64,000 nt of DNA from assembly GCA_030770535.1 (NCBI GenBank), contig JASVEC010000013.1:992001-1056000 (forward strand). Direction: 5' to 3'. Within the stretch, counting starts at the first letter, position 1. Every line of letters begins with the position of its first letter. The notes beneath the pieces are model-generated. The model saw only the letters and a program-made list of their open reading frames with translations, did no database searches and was not told the DNA's origin. The DNA comes from Batkoa obscura. Its lineage: Eukaryota. Positions 34,715-47,632 of this stretch are shown here, in pieces. The translations under genes and the position numbers were made by a program.

Positions 34715-36449
34715 TTAATTTAAGTATACGGATATTTTTTGTATTAAATTTATAGATAATTGAAATCGAGGGAGACATTGCTTAATCTGATTTAATCCAC
34801 TAGCACAATCTTTGGAATGTGTATTATTAGATTTAGAGATTCTACAAAGTTCTTTGACTAGCATTACACATTTTGTTTTTGATTCATTAATCATTATTAT
34901 GTCTTCATATTGCAAAATTGATGTTTGGTGTAGTAAGTTAATGAGCACAAAAAAAGAATGATATGCTTGGTAGTGAAATGGCATATCAATGACAGAATTA
35001 AATCCATCTTTAAAATCAGATTGATGCACCTTAGTAGAAATCTTACAATCCAAAATTTCATTTAAGTTGTTATTTAAATAATATGTAATGATTTGGTTAG
35101 CATGCTTAAACAGTAGCTTTAATTTTAACTTTGTAAAGTGAATAGGCTGAGGATAAACCATCACGGATGGATAATAAAGTGTAATAGTAGTGTATTGCAT
35201 TAATACTTTAAGATACCTTAAAAAATTAAACTCATGATCATTTGTCTTTACCTTTATTTCTTCTTTAGTATATTCACATTCGTCTCTTATTAACTTTAGA
35301 TGCTGAATTAAGCTCGTTAATATAGTCGAACAACTTATAAATTCACTTCGTGGTAAAAGCAGTTCATTGACAGGTATTATAGAATAATCTTTGGAAATAT
35401 TGTAACTTTCTTTTACCTTTTGTATATGAGTAAATATTTTTAAAACTACTTCAATGAAATTTTTTATATGCTTATATGAATCCTCATTATCAACCTTGTA
35501 CTCCGGTTTTTCACTATTATTGTATATACTTTGATTCTCTCTAAAAAAATGTAAGGGATCTTTTACTTCAAATTTAATAAAAGGCATATCTGAAATATAA
35601 AATGAAAGAATTAGGTAAGTGAAGTGAAGCATTTTCCAAACCTTTCTACCTCGAGATAACTCATTGTATCTTATATCTGTAACATCATATGCATCAAATG
35701 AAGAATCGTTAATATTATACCCTAAACATTGAGCCATCCTTACAGCATCCAAAATATATCGTCTGGCAAGGCTAAAATTGGTATGAAAAAAATTAATTAG
35801 GCTTAGTAATCGCAAAGCTACCACATGGTTGTAGCATGGATTAGAATAAGATTGAGACAAAGTTGCTTTTATTCCCTGTAAAGTTTTCCTATAAATTTGG
35901 TTATAAGTTACGCTGTTGCGTGGAAGAGTAAAGTGAGCAAGAAGTAGAATCAATGTATAAGATAAAATACTAGGTCCTTTTTTTGTTAAAATTGCCTTTA
36001 AATCAAGTTTATCTAGCCATAGTTTATATGGATCCATAACCTTTCCTAGAAAGACGGAGCCATATTCCAAAAACTGGCTATAAGTTTGACTTCCTTCTAT
36101 TGAATCTATATTATTTGTTGAGGGGGATAAAGTGGTATCAACTTCAAAGTTTCCAACCAGCATAGCTTTATATTGAGAGACCTCTTTGGTGACCTGCTTA
36201 TTGTTGTTACAATTCTTTTCTTTAATTATGATGTTAAGTGTTTTTTTGACCCATTTTAAGTATTCTAAAAATAATTAATCTATAGCTTCAAATGTCGAAA
36301 TATTTACCAAATGCTTTTTGTTTAAATTCCAAGTTTGGGTGAGTGTCTAGATGCTTTATTATATTTTTTAGTAAATGATCAACACTATCTAATTTTAATT
36401 TTGATACTTCTACCCTACTCCTTGCCTTTGTCTTTGTTTTTGATTCCAT
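34715..36449 (-). CDS. TF-middle-region-like family A protein; exons 36449-36308 and 36264-34715
   Basis: Same 142-nt first exon (MESKTKTKARSRVE...) and intron position; tandem paralog of 32464..34220. Confidence 0.8.
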
Positions 36450-37239
36450 AACTATATTTTTTCTATTTCCTCTTTAATTTTTTATCGTTTATAATTGTAT
36501 TCAAATTTATTTAAATTTATTTAAATTTTAAAAGAAAAGAAAAGAAAGAAAACATATGTTTTCTTTTAGTTGCATATGAACGTGGCATTATTTATTAAAG
36601 TAAAACTAAACAGAGGCTAAAATGATCAAGCCTATGAAGATTTCTTTTGTCAACATCTTACTAATAATTTAATTTTGAGTTTATAAAAAGAAAAAATAGA
36701 AATGCAGGACTGTGCTTATGAATATTTGCTTTATTTGGGAACCTTTTTTTTTACGATTTATACTAAATAAAAGTCACTTTTACACAAGGCTATTTTAATA
36801 ATTAATTTTAGGCTAGTTGTATTATAGTCTTTCACTTCAACTTGAATTGCGCAAAAGGTTAAAAAATTTCATTAACGCAAATATTCCCAAGTAGGACTGA
36901 CTGTATTCCTCTTGATAAATAAATTAAGTTTGAAAATAAATTTTACTTATCCTTTAAATTAATATTCTATACTAAATAAAACATATAAGACGGAGTCTTT
37001 AATTTTTACTTCGTTTTTAGTTTTGTCTCATTTTCCATAGCATTTTACCTTTAATTCCATATGTTACTTTATTATTATTCAATTAGTGTATTATAAATCT
37101 TTCATCAGCTGCGCTTATTATATAGTAAAGTTCTTTATTATATTAGAACAAAAAGTATAAAAACAACCCAAGAGATAAAATTAGCTAGTTTTTTATAATT
37201 ATTTGAAATAATTTGAGAATTCAAAATACAATATAAAAT

Positions 37240-39500
37240 ACTCCAAGGATACAAAATTGCTTGTTATTCACTTTATGCTGCAGCCTCCGTTGGACTAGAG
37301 AGTAAAGAAATTATAAGCAACCTAAAACTTTTTTCCAAAGTAGTCTTTATGCTATTGAAAAAAAGATTATTGAACTTACTTTTAGAATCTACCACCTAGT
37401 TCTTTAGTTCAATTAATTCAGGATTGTTACTTTACTCTATGGGAAAGCAAAGTTATTACTCAGGGATAATGGCTGTCGTTTAAAACCAACTTATTTAGAA
37501 ATATTACAAAAGTTTATTAGAGATCCTATAATTCAACACTATCTGACTTCAATATAGAATCTCAGCATTTTGCTGAAAATGTGGGTAATGAAAGTTCAAT
37601 TATTGAGGTAGATGATAATGATGCTCAATTATAAAGAGATATAAATTGTAACACTAGTTTTAGTAAAATATTTACTTTTAAAGTCATAATAAACTAATAT
37701 TATGTATTTTTATTCCCTCTGGGTCCATTTAGATATTAAAAAAGAAATAAAACGCTCCTATTTTATAAATATCCCAAAAGCTTAAGTTAAAGTAATTAGT
37801 TTTAATAAAAAAGCAATTGATATAAATTTTCTATTAAAGAAAATTAAAAACAGATGTGTTAAAATCCTTCTTCCGCTATTAAAAGAGTATGACTTTCGTA
37901 AAGATACCATTGATCCTGACCTTAAAACCAGTTTAAAATCGGATATAACAATTTGGTCTCACCAATAAAAAATGTCTCTCAAATATGTCTGGAAACGGGT
38001 AAAATGGCTTCTTGTTTGTTAAATTTATTAATACGTTTAAATATGTACATGTTCTGACATGATTGTATTGTTATGCGCAGCTGGTAAAACCTTAGTTGGC
38101 ATTGCAGCTGCAATCACAATAGAGAAGACCACCTTTGTATTATGTACATCTTCGTAACTAATAACAAATTTTAATCTATCAAGCTAATAATTAATAAAGT
38201 CTCTGCAATTCAATTGAAGGAACAGTTTCTTAGATTCTCTAATATTAGTGAAAAATCTATTGCTATCATTACTGCTAAACAAATAGAAGCTCTCTCCATA
38301 GATGCTGGAATAACTATATCTATCTACTCAATAATTGCTTATACAACAAATAGATTTTATAATATTCAAAGAATGATGGGTGCATTAGTAGGTCGCGAAT
38401 AGGGACTTCTTTTATTAGATGAAGCCGATATTGTTCCTATCAATATGTTTCGAAAGGTCCTTATTATTATTTCAGTTCACGTTAAGTTGGGTCTTACAGG
38501 TATTAAAATACCCAACTAATATTTATTTGACTTTTTAATACTAGTAACCCTTGTATGAAAAGATACCAAAATTGAAGATTCAGATACATCAATTCAAGCT
38601 AAACTATATGAAGCTAATTGGATGAATTTATCTAAAAACGTTATATCACTTTAGTTCAGGTATAAGCCATACTTGCAATCAATATAGCTTCTTTATACTA
38701 ATTTAAGTAGTGGGCCGAAGTATGATGTCCAATGACATCAAAGTTTTATAAAGCTTATCTTGACGGAAAATCTAGGTAATCAATTGTTGAGTTTAACGAT
38801 ACTTCTGATTAATTATTTAGAAAATCCAACTTATTTTCTATTATGAATCATAGTAAAGTTCGAACATACCAACTTTTAATTGATTATTATAAAAAGCGAG
38901 GAGACAAAATGATAATATTTTGTGATAACGTATGGGCAATAAAGGTAGCTTATATCTAATTAATCTTAACCAAAATTTAAATCACTTTAAGAGGTTTATG
39001 CTAAAGCTCTAAAAAGGTACTTTATTTGTGGTGACATAAAATAAGCAAAAATAATGTAAATTTTAAATAAGTTCCAAAGGGATCCAAAAATAGCGATGAT
39101 ATTTTTGTCTAAAGTCGGTGATACCTCAATTGATCTTCCTGAGGCCATTTGTCCTATACAAATTTCTTCCTATTATGGGTTTTGTCGTCAAGAAGCTCAA
39201 AAATTAGGTAAATAAATTGCTGTCTGGGTTTATTAAACCTTAACTTTTTGATATTTGGGTCGAATTTTAAGAGCCAAAAGACGCATTGAAGAAGGTTTTA
39301 ATGGCTTTTTTTATTCTTTAGTATCTAAGGATACACAAGAAATATACTATTCTACAAAGTGTCAACAGTTTCTTATGGATCAAAGGTATTCATTTAAAGT
39401 TATAGCTCATTTAAATGGAACAGAAAAATTTTTGGGTTTTTTTTCTGAGGCCCAAAAAGAGTTGGAGTTTTTAAATCAAGTAAAAAAGGCAATGAATTAA
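37240..39500 (+). pseudogene. SSL2: Unprocessed pseudogene of TFIIH helicase XPB (Ssl2/Rad25/ERCC3)
   Basis: Fragments [80 protein letters not shown] and GRILRAKRR. Has stops, frameshifts and intron remnants. Confidence 0.9.
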
Positions 39501-40047
39501 TGAAGTGGATGTTGATTCATATTACTTTTGTGATAATGATACTAAGAATTAAATATTATCTTTATTTAAAAGTGTTAACATACCTTGACAGAAAGTATCC
39601 AAATTGATCAAATAACAGTACTTTATTGTATTTTTAATGTATCTTATTTTTATTATAAACTTTATTGTTTTCTACTTATCTTAATTTTAGGTTCATTTTT
39701 GATAAATAAAAATTGATCTAAAAAATTGTTGTAACAAAGTTAAATAATAACGCATAGAGTAGTCCATTGTTACTCGCTTACCTAACTCATGACTTAACCA
39801 CAACTCCGAGAGCCAAACGTCTAGCAGCCGAATAGTCCCTCAATCTTCTTCTTTTTATTAATTTATTCTAAATAAAACACATCCCTAAAAGGATCCAAGG
39901 TTTTAAAAAAACAAGGTGAAATAAATTTTTAAGATTCGAGAATTCTTGATAAAACGCTTATTATTGCAATACATTAAAAAAAACTATACAAGTATTTAAT
40001 TAATACATTACTTACAGTTTTTAGAAATTATTGTACTTTTAACACTT

Positions 40048-40154
40048 ATATCGGGGTGTTTTTTTTGGCTTCATCACTTTTTCCATTTTTTAAGCGCTAT
40101 TTGAGTGGAAAAATTAGTAGTAAAACTCTTAAACATAAAAATACATCCCCATAT
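40048..40154 (+). mobile_element. Family A MITE
   Basis: ATAT-CGGGGTGTTTT...ATACATCCCC-ATAT. Confidence 0.9.
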
Positions 40155-40541
40155 GTTAACAATTTCAAAGAATCATAAACAAAATAAAATCCATATATAT
40201 TTTTTACCAATTAAACTATAAATTGTGTTATTTTTAACACTGCTTTATTACTACATTTTGTTTTAATCCTTATCTAAAAGAATGTTTTTAATTTTGATAC
40301 TCGCGTTTTGCAATAAAAGTAAGCTAATTTCAATATTTTAATAACGTGTTTGCTCAATTTACAGTTTTAATTTTACATTAAATGCTCCCATATAAATGGA
40401 TAAACTTTCGGAAAAAAACAATTTTTAGGAATAAACAATCCGCATATTAATGCCTTTAGTCTGTTTTAAAAATAACATTAAAGTAAATTCAACCAACGGT
40501 ATAAAAGCTTTCTTTTTTCTTTTTTCTAATTAATCCTAAAA

Positions 40542-42489
40542 ATGTTAAAAGTTATTTTATCAGCAGTCATTTTTTCTTATTTTATATATTGGTTTTATAA
40601 TGTAACTATTCTAGTATATTTATATTCATCTAATCTTATCAAAATAGGTTATCTATTCTATCTTTTTTAGTCCGTTACGTAAAATTCCAGGACCACTAAT
40701 TTATCAGTTCTTTCCTATTATTTTTCAATATCATATGTGGAAGGGAACTGGTCATAAAGTGATATTTGAATTGCATAAAAAATATGGTAGCGTTGTTAGA
40801 TTAGGTATTGTAAAATGTTTTGAATAAATGTTTTTATAATAAGCCCAATTTATGATAGGAAGGATTGCAGTTTCATTTGAATCTGATTCTGCATGTAAAG
40901 AGTTATATTCAACTTACACTTATCCCAAATCGAGGTTTTACTCTGCTTTTCAACTTGTTGGTGAAACAACCTTCAGTACAAGGTAAGGTCAAATCACTAC
41001 ATTTAAGACTTTTATTAACATAAATTAGAGATAAAGATTTCCACAGACAAAGAGTATATTCACTAATTTCGAATTTTTGGATTATAACTGATTTTAAAAT
41101 AGAAAAAGATCTTGGCTCCGAGCTTTTCTGAAAAAGCAATTGACTCGATTGAACATATTGTTATTGAAAATGTTATTAATTTAGTTAATAAGATCAAAAC
41201 TTTTGCTAAAGAGAAGGATGTATTTGATTTATCTATTTATTTTCATTACTTTTCATTTGTAGGATATACCTTTAACTTAAAAATGCGATATTAAAGTTAC
41301 TTTTAGGATGTTATTGGAAGCCTTGCCTTTGGAAACTCATTTAACATGTTAAATAAAGGATACCATCCTGTTATAGGTTGGATCAAAGACTTCTTTTTTA
41401 TAAGTATCCTTGTAAGCATAATATATAGATATCAAACCTTGAACTTTTAATTTGATATTCGCTCTTTAGTGTACAATGATGCCTATCTTGAAAATTTATA
41501 AGTTTAAAAGCGTTCAAAACTTATACGAGGTAGCGTTTGATATAAACTTGATGAATCATATTAAAATATAAAAGTTTGCCTATAAAGCTATAGAGAGTTC
41601 AAAGTCACATCCAGATAGAACAACTATATTAAACGCTTTCATTGCAGCATCGGACCCAGAGACTGGTAAGAAACTTACAGAAAAAGAACTTGCCGAGGAA
41701 TCTATTATCCAATTGTAATAATCTGTATACAAATTATAATAACAAACTAAACATATTCGATAGAATTGCTGGGACAGATACCACATCAAACTCATTAGCT
41801 TGGTATTTAATATATAAATATAAATATAACTGAAACTAATTTTTAGGACATTTTACTTGTTATCAAAACACCCTGATATCTATGAGAAATTAAAACAGGA
41901 AATAACAAGCACATTTCCAAACAAAGATGAAATTACATTTAATAAATGTAAAACAGAATGTTCATACTTGAATGCCGTATTACATGAAAGTTTAAGAATA
42001 TTACCTGTTGTTTCAGGCAATGTTATGAGAATTGTTCCTAAAGGCGGCAAAATTATTGATGGGTATTTCATTCCAGAAGACGTAATTTAAAAACATTTTT
42101 CAAATTTTTCACTAATCGTTTTTAGTCTATAGTTGGTATAAATGTAAAAGCATTACACAATTCAGTTAGAAACTGGAAAGATCCTGAAGTATTTAATCCT
42201 GATCGCTGGATCCAAAATAAAAAGTTTAAAATGAATGGTAATTTTATGCCATTTTTAATTGGACCTAGAGCATGCATCGGACGAACGTAAGAATTTATAC
42301 TTTTAAAAAAATGATCCTAACTTATTTTATAATAGACTTGCTTGGATGGAGTTGTATTTAGTTTCTGCAAATTTAATCAAAAATTTCTCTTTTGAGTTAA
42401 AGGATAAAACTAAAGAATTGGACTCAATATTTTATGTTGTTAGTACCCCAGATGATAAATTAGATATGATTGCTACAATCAACCAATAA
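40542..42489 (+). CDS. Cytochrome P450, 12 exons (40542-40601, 40648-40804, 40859-40982, 41029-41053, 41103-41258, 41307-41411, 41470-41529, 41575-41714, 41764-41802, 41847-42081, 42126-42286, 42336-42489)
   Basis: N-terminal anchor, PLRKIPGP, I-helix IAGTDTT, ESLR, FNPDRW and heme motif PFLIGPRACIG. Eleven GT-AG introns give a continuous frame. Confidence 0.9.
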
Positions 42490-43394
42490 ATTATACTGAT
42501 ATTTTATACCCGATAAAACAAGCTTATTAAAATATGCTATTGTTCGAAAAATATGCTTTGAAATTTTATAACTTTAAATCAGCCTACAATATTAGTGTTC
42601 ATAGTTATTTGATTAATAGTATTTTGACCTTGTTGAATTACCTGCTAATAAAAACACCAATTTCTGATAGTAGACGAAATGCTCTAAAGTGCAATTAGCT
42701 ACTTTTAAAATACTAAGTTTACTTCACTTGTTGAATTTCTATTACCTGTTTTATGATAAAAAGGAATATGAAACAAAGCGGGTGATATATGAATAATATA
42801 AACAAACTATATATAATAAATAAATAGAGTAAAGCTATATAAAAAAGCTTTTTACTTTATGAAGTAACTTAGTTTGAACCAAAATTTATTAAATTTATAC
42901 CAATCCGATATATTAATTTAGATTATTCATGTAATATAATGTTACTCCGCTTTCGATTTGTAAAATAGAAAACAAACCTTTCTATTTTACATAAATTAAT
43001 CATTACACTCTTATTTTTTTCGCTTTTTTATTATCAAAGCGGCATTTTAATGAAAATCCAATTTATTTATTTCATTGAATAATATTACAATCACTATTGT
43101 TACAATTTAAACGTGGGTTGGGCACTATAATTTTGTATTTACTGAATGTAAAAATAGAAAAAGCTGCTATAAGTAAATTTAGATAATACTAAACAAAATC
43201 CACAATCCATCTTTATTATAACAGTGGTATAATAAATTGAGATTAAAGCTTAAATAAAATTCAGTTTAAATCTCAATAAATTTCCTGTAACCTAAAAGGT
43301 ATATGAAAAAATACTACATCTATCCAATTAAGTTTCAAGCCTTAAAACAATAAAAAATACTATTATAACTCAAAGTCATATAAAGAGGAAGCGT

Positions 43395-45008
43395 ATGAAA
43401 ACAAAAATAATAGATATTAATATGAGTGATACAATCAAAGTAGAGGAACCAATTAATCTAAACAATGTTAAAAACCAAGAAGAATCAAATGATGATTCTT
43501 CACAACCTAAAATAGAGCTTGGCTCATTAAAATTTTGGTTAATAATGTTAGGTCTATTTTTTACTGCTTCAATAGCTTCGATCGATACTACTATAATAAC
43601 AACTACCATAGGTGCAATCGCATCTGATTTGAATGGGTTAAAGGAAATTAATTGGGTTTCTACAGCTTATCTTTTGACTAGTAACGGATTTCAGCTGTTA
43701 TATGGCAAGTTGTCTGATATATTTGGAAGAAAACCTACTATTATCTTTGCATTAGTTATATTCTTAATTGGCTCCATACTATGTGGTATTAGTCAATCGA
43801 TTACAATGCTAATTATATCTCGTGCTATTGCTGGTATTGGTGGTGGCGGTTTGATTACTTTATGTTCAATTATTATTTCCGACTTAGTTCCTATTCATAA
43901 ACGAGGTGTTTATATGGGGATTCTTACTACTGCTACTACAGTGTCATCTACCTTGGGCTCAATTTTGGGAGGAATCTTTGTTAGCAAGTTATCTTGGAGA
44001 TGGTGTTTCTATATTAATTTACCATTTTGCTTTATAGCTATTATCTGCATTGCTATTTTTTTTCGCTTTCCTAGTAATAGAGGTAACTTAAAGCAGAATT
44101 TGAAAAGAATTGATTACTTGGGCTCAATTTTCCTTCTTGGGTTTACCATACTTTTAACTTTGGCTCTTAATTGGGGTGGACAATATTATCCATGGAGTTC
44201 TGCTCCTGTGCTTGTACCTTTGGTTTTAAGTTTTGTATCTTTAGCAGTCTTTATTTATACCCAATGGAAAGTATCAAAAGAGCCTATAATTCCTGGCCAT
44301 TTATTAGTGCGCAATGTTATTATTTCATGTGTCGTAACGTTTTCTATTAGCGCTGTATTCCTTGCTATTATAATTTATATACCATTATATTTTCAACTTT
44401 ATTACCACGAAAGCGCCCAACTTTCTACCATAGGGATCCTCCCATTAATAGGTAGTCTAATAGTATTTGCTATTGGATCAAGTATTTTTATCGTGAAAAC
44501 TAAAATTTACCGCCCGTTAACTATCCTTGGCGCAATAGTTGGCTTGGTCGGAATTATTTTATTAGGCATTTTTATGAGTAATGGAATTACCCGTGTTCAA
44601 TTGTATATATTCTCCGCTATACTTGGCGCAGGTATTGGTCTCTGCGTAGAGACTTGTGTAATAGCATCACAAGCTGCAGTCGATAAAAAAGATGTTGCCA
44701 TTACAACCTCTTTGATTGAATTTGTTTTTTATTTTGGTGGAATTATTGGTATTGCAGTACTTGGAGCTGTATATCAAAATGTAACAACGAATTCATTGTT
44801 AAAATATTCATCCGAAGTGGATCTATCTCAATTATCTAAGAATACGTCTTATATATTAAGTTTAAGCCCAGAATTGATTCAAAAAGTCAAAGAATGTTAT
44901 GTTGATGGATTCAAGTATTTCTTTTTTACAGGAGTTGCTTTCTTAGCCTTAGGTTTGATTTCGTCTCTATTTTTACAGCATATCCCTTTACGAGTTGAGG
45001 AAAAATGA
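43395..45008 (+). CDS. MFS drug:H+ antiporter, DHA2 (14-TM) family
   Basis: SIDTTI, WVSTAYLL, YGKLSDIFGRK, RAIAGIGGGG, WRWCFYINLP and IDYLG. The start may be the ATG at 43422. Confidence 0.92.
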   Translation: MKTKIIDINMSDTIKVEEPINLNNVKNQEESNDDSSQPKIELGSLKFWLIMLGLFFTASIASIDTTIITTTIGAIASDLNGLKEINWVSTAYLLTSNGFQLLYGKLSDIFGRKPTIIFALVIFLIGSILCGISQSITMLIISRAIAGIGGGGLITLCSIIISDLVPIHKRGVYMGILTTATTVSSTLGSILGGIFVSKLSWRWCFYINLPFCFIAIICIAIFFRFPSNRGNLKQNLKRIDYLGSIFLLGFTILLTLALNWGGQYYPWSSAPVLVPLVLSFVSLAVFIYTQWKVSKEPIIPGHLLVRNVIISCVVTFSISAVFLAIIIYIPLYFQLYYHESAQLSTIGILPLIGSLIVFAIGSSIFIVKTKIYRPLTILGAIVGLVGIILLGIFMSNGITRVQLYIFSAILGAGIGLCVETCVIASQAAVDKKDVAITTSLIEFVFYFGGIIGIAVLGAVYQNVTTNSLLKYSSEVDLSQLSKNTSYILSLSPELIQKVKECYVDGFKYFFFTGVAFLALGLISSLFLQHIPLRVEEK

Positions 45009-45624
45009 TTTTGATGGGTATTTTGATCTTTTTTATGTAACTTATAGTAGCTTGTTGCTATAATTGTTTATAATTATTACACATTGATACTTTTATACTG
45101 AAAACTTAAACGACTATTGCAGAGTTACGCCATAGTCTACTTAATAAACCTTATTGTATGTAATGTTTTTTAAATATTCAAAACTAGATTTAATATTCTT
45201 CCTTTAATTTTAATTATTTGTTACTAAGAGAATTAAAAAACTAAAATGTCATGAAATAAATATAAAGCTTTACCGTAATAAAGCGTTGTTTGGGTTTATC
45301 GATATTTCTTACCATCTGATTAAGCTTTAATTAAAAACAATAATTTATTATCGAAACCCCCTTATCCTTTTACATATCAAATTTAGATTAAAATCAAACT
45401 AAACTAGTACTATAAAATTCTATTATTGTTTACCCAATAACCTAATTTGACTTTTAACTTTGCTTTTATTTACAAATGATCTATTTTCAAATGACGCCCC
45501 AAAGATTTATCGCTTTGATCGTGTGAGTAAAATAGTTAACAATTAGTATAAAAACCAAAAGATTTTATAAACGTTTCAGTTATCATACCTATTTAAAACT
45601 TTTTAAACGACTAAAAGAAGTCCT

Positions 45625-46588
45625 TATGTTTTAGTTTTCTACAACTTCAATGGAATAATTACATTACAAGACTCTGGTGTCATATTGATAGATAAATATA
45701 TGGGGGTGTTTTTTTTGGCTTCATCACTTTTTCCATCTTTTAAGTGCTATTTGAGCGGAAAAATTGTTAGTAAAATCCCTAAACAAAAAAATACTTCCCC
45801 ATATTGTACAGAAACTCGTAAAGATTTAGATGATAAAATTATATCTGGGGAAAGAAAAATGAGATATATACAAAACATTAGCATTTGAAAAAAATACCAA
45901 ATAGTTCCAGAGAAGTTTTTAAATTGTTATGGGATTCAGTAGATTTGAGTTGGGAAGAAGCCTTGATCCTTAAAGGTACATACTTTTCGTTTTTAAAACT
46001 ATTCTTCATTGTAAACAGATGTTGAATCGGATCCTAAGTCTAAAGATTTTACAGAATATTGTTTTTTAAATAATATCTCAGTACTTATATTTTGAGCATA
46101 AACAAATTTAGTTTGATATTTTATTACAGCCTATATTTTATAAGTGGCTTTGGTTTTATGATTGAACACTTCTTGAAAAGATTCTTCCCTAATGATTATA
46201 CGAGTTTTAAAATTTGTGTTAATCATAGAGCTCTTGAAAATAGGAAACGATTTTGTACTTTTAAGGATGATAGGGAAATTTATCATCTATAGTTCTTGGA
46301 CTCTTAATTTCCCCTTAATATAGTGCCTATGGCCACGATAAAAGCCTTTCAATGGAGACTACTGAAGAAGAATATAAAAAAGAGAATAGAGGGATAAAAC
46401 CTTTTATTATATTTTATGATGATGATGTATCAGACATACCTGTGGCTCGTCGTGCTGATGCTTTATTTATTCGACGTAGTAAAGGGTTGAAAAAATATTG
46501 CATTGAGCATAAATTTGAGTATAGTCCCTTTAACGATTTCCAAATCGTATTGGATACGATTCAAAGAGCTAAAGCTTGTGAATTATAA
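45625..46588 (+). pseudogene. Decayed HAD-family phosphatase (MtnX / yeast YNL010W-like), MITE-interrupted
   Basis: VLVFYNFNGIITLQDSG (a damaged DFDGT motif), YGHDKS and FYDDDVSDIPVARRADALF (a damaged GDGxSD motif), with frameshifts and an insertion at 45698. Confidence 0.75.
45698..45804 (+). mobile_element. Family A MITE inserted in the phosphatase coding sequence
   Basis: ATAT-GGGGGTGTTTT...ATACTTCCCC-ATAT; 99 bp lie between the two ATATs. Confidence 0.92.
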
Positions 46589-47632
46589 ATTTCGTTTCTT
46601 ATACTTAATAGGATTTTTTATAATCATTTTACATATTTAAATAATTTTTGAGAACCTCTCTAATATCATAAATAAGAAAATATTCATTTTACACAATAAA
46701 CTATACAAAATCATCTTTTATTGATGAAATTATACTTAAAATTTAAGATTAAGAGTGGACTAAAATGTAGTAATCAATGAATATAAAGGGACCTAAGTTT
46801 TTATTTCTAAAGAAGTATTAATACTTATTAATCTTTAGCTTAATTCCCATACTAAAAGATATGTGCCTTTAACTAAGGTGTATTCAAATGTTTTCTTTGT
46901 ATAGTAAATTATACAATACTTCAATTTGAGTCAAGTTTATATATTTTATTATTATTCCAATAATGTGATTATTCTTAAACTTTTACCTGAATTGTGTTAC
47001 TATTTGACAAATACTATCATTGTTTGATAAAGCCAGAAAACTATAAAAGGATTTTAGACAAACCTTTGCTATTGATTTAAAATATTTCAAAAATATTTAA
47101 TTTTTATATCTTCATAGTTTAGATAATTTAGATAGCTATAAGCAGTATCTTAGCTACAATGTTTTATTTTTCTGATACCTCAGTTTTTTAGTTTAATTTT
47201 GTTAACTAAATTTTTCACATAAAACAATAAGGTAGTATTATAATTTTTATTCATAAAATGTTTATTTTTGTAAGAGTAATTTTTAAAAAAAATTTGAGGA
47301 AAATATGACTCATGTCGATAGACCAATATCATAACTAAAATAGTTTTTTAGCTTTAGTAATAATTATAAAATTGGTTTAAAGAATAAAGCAACAACATGA
47401 AATGATAGTAAAACGGATTATTTTTACTTTTCATTGTATAAAATAAATACAGGATAAATTAAAAAAGTACAGTTTCCTTTTAGTTTATTTCTTGTATCTA
47501 GCTTTACCAAGCTCCAGTTATTTTCGAATTAAAAGTAATTCTATATCTTTGTTTCTTATTTTAGATTCAAAATAAATTCAATGCAGTTATAAATAACAGT
47601 AAAGAAAAGGAAGAACAAAAAGGAAGTTGAAT

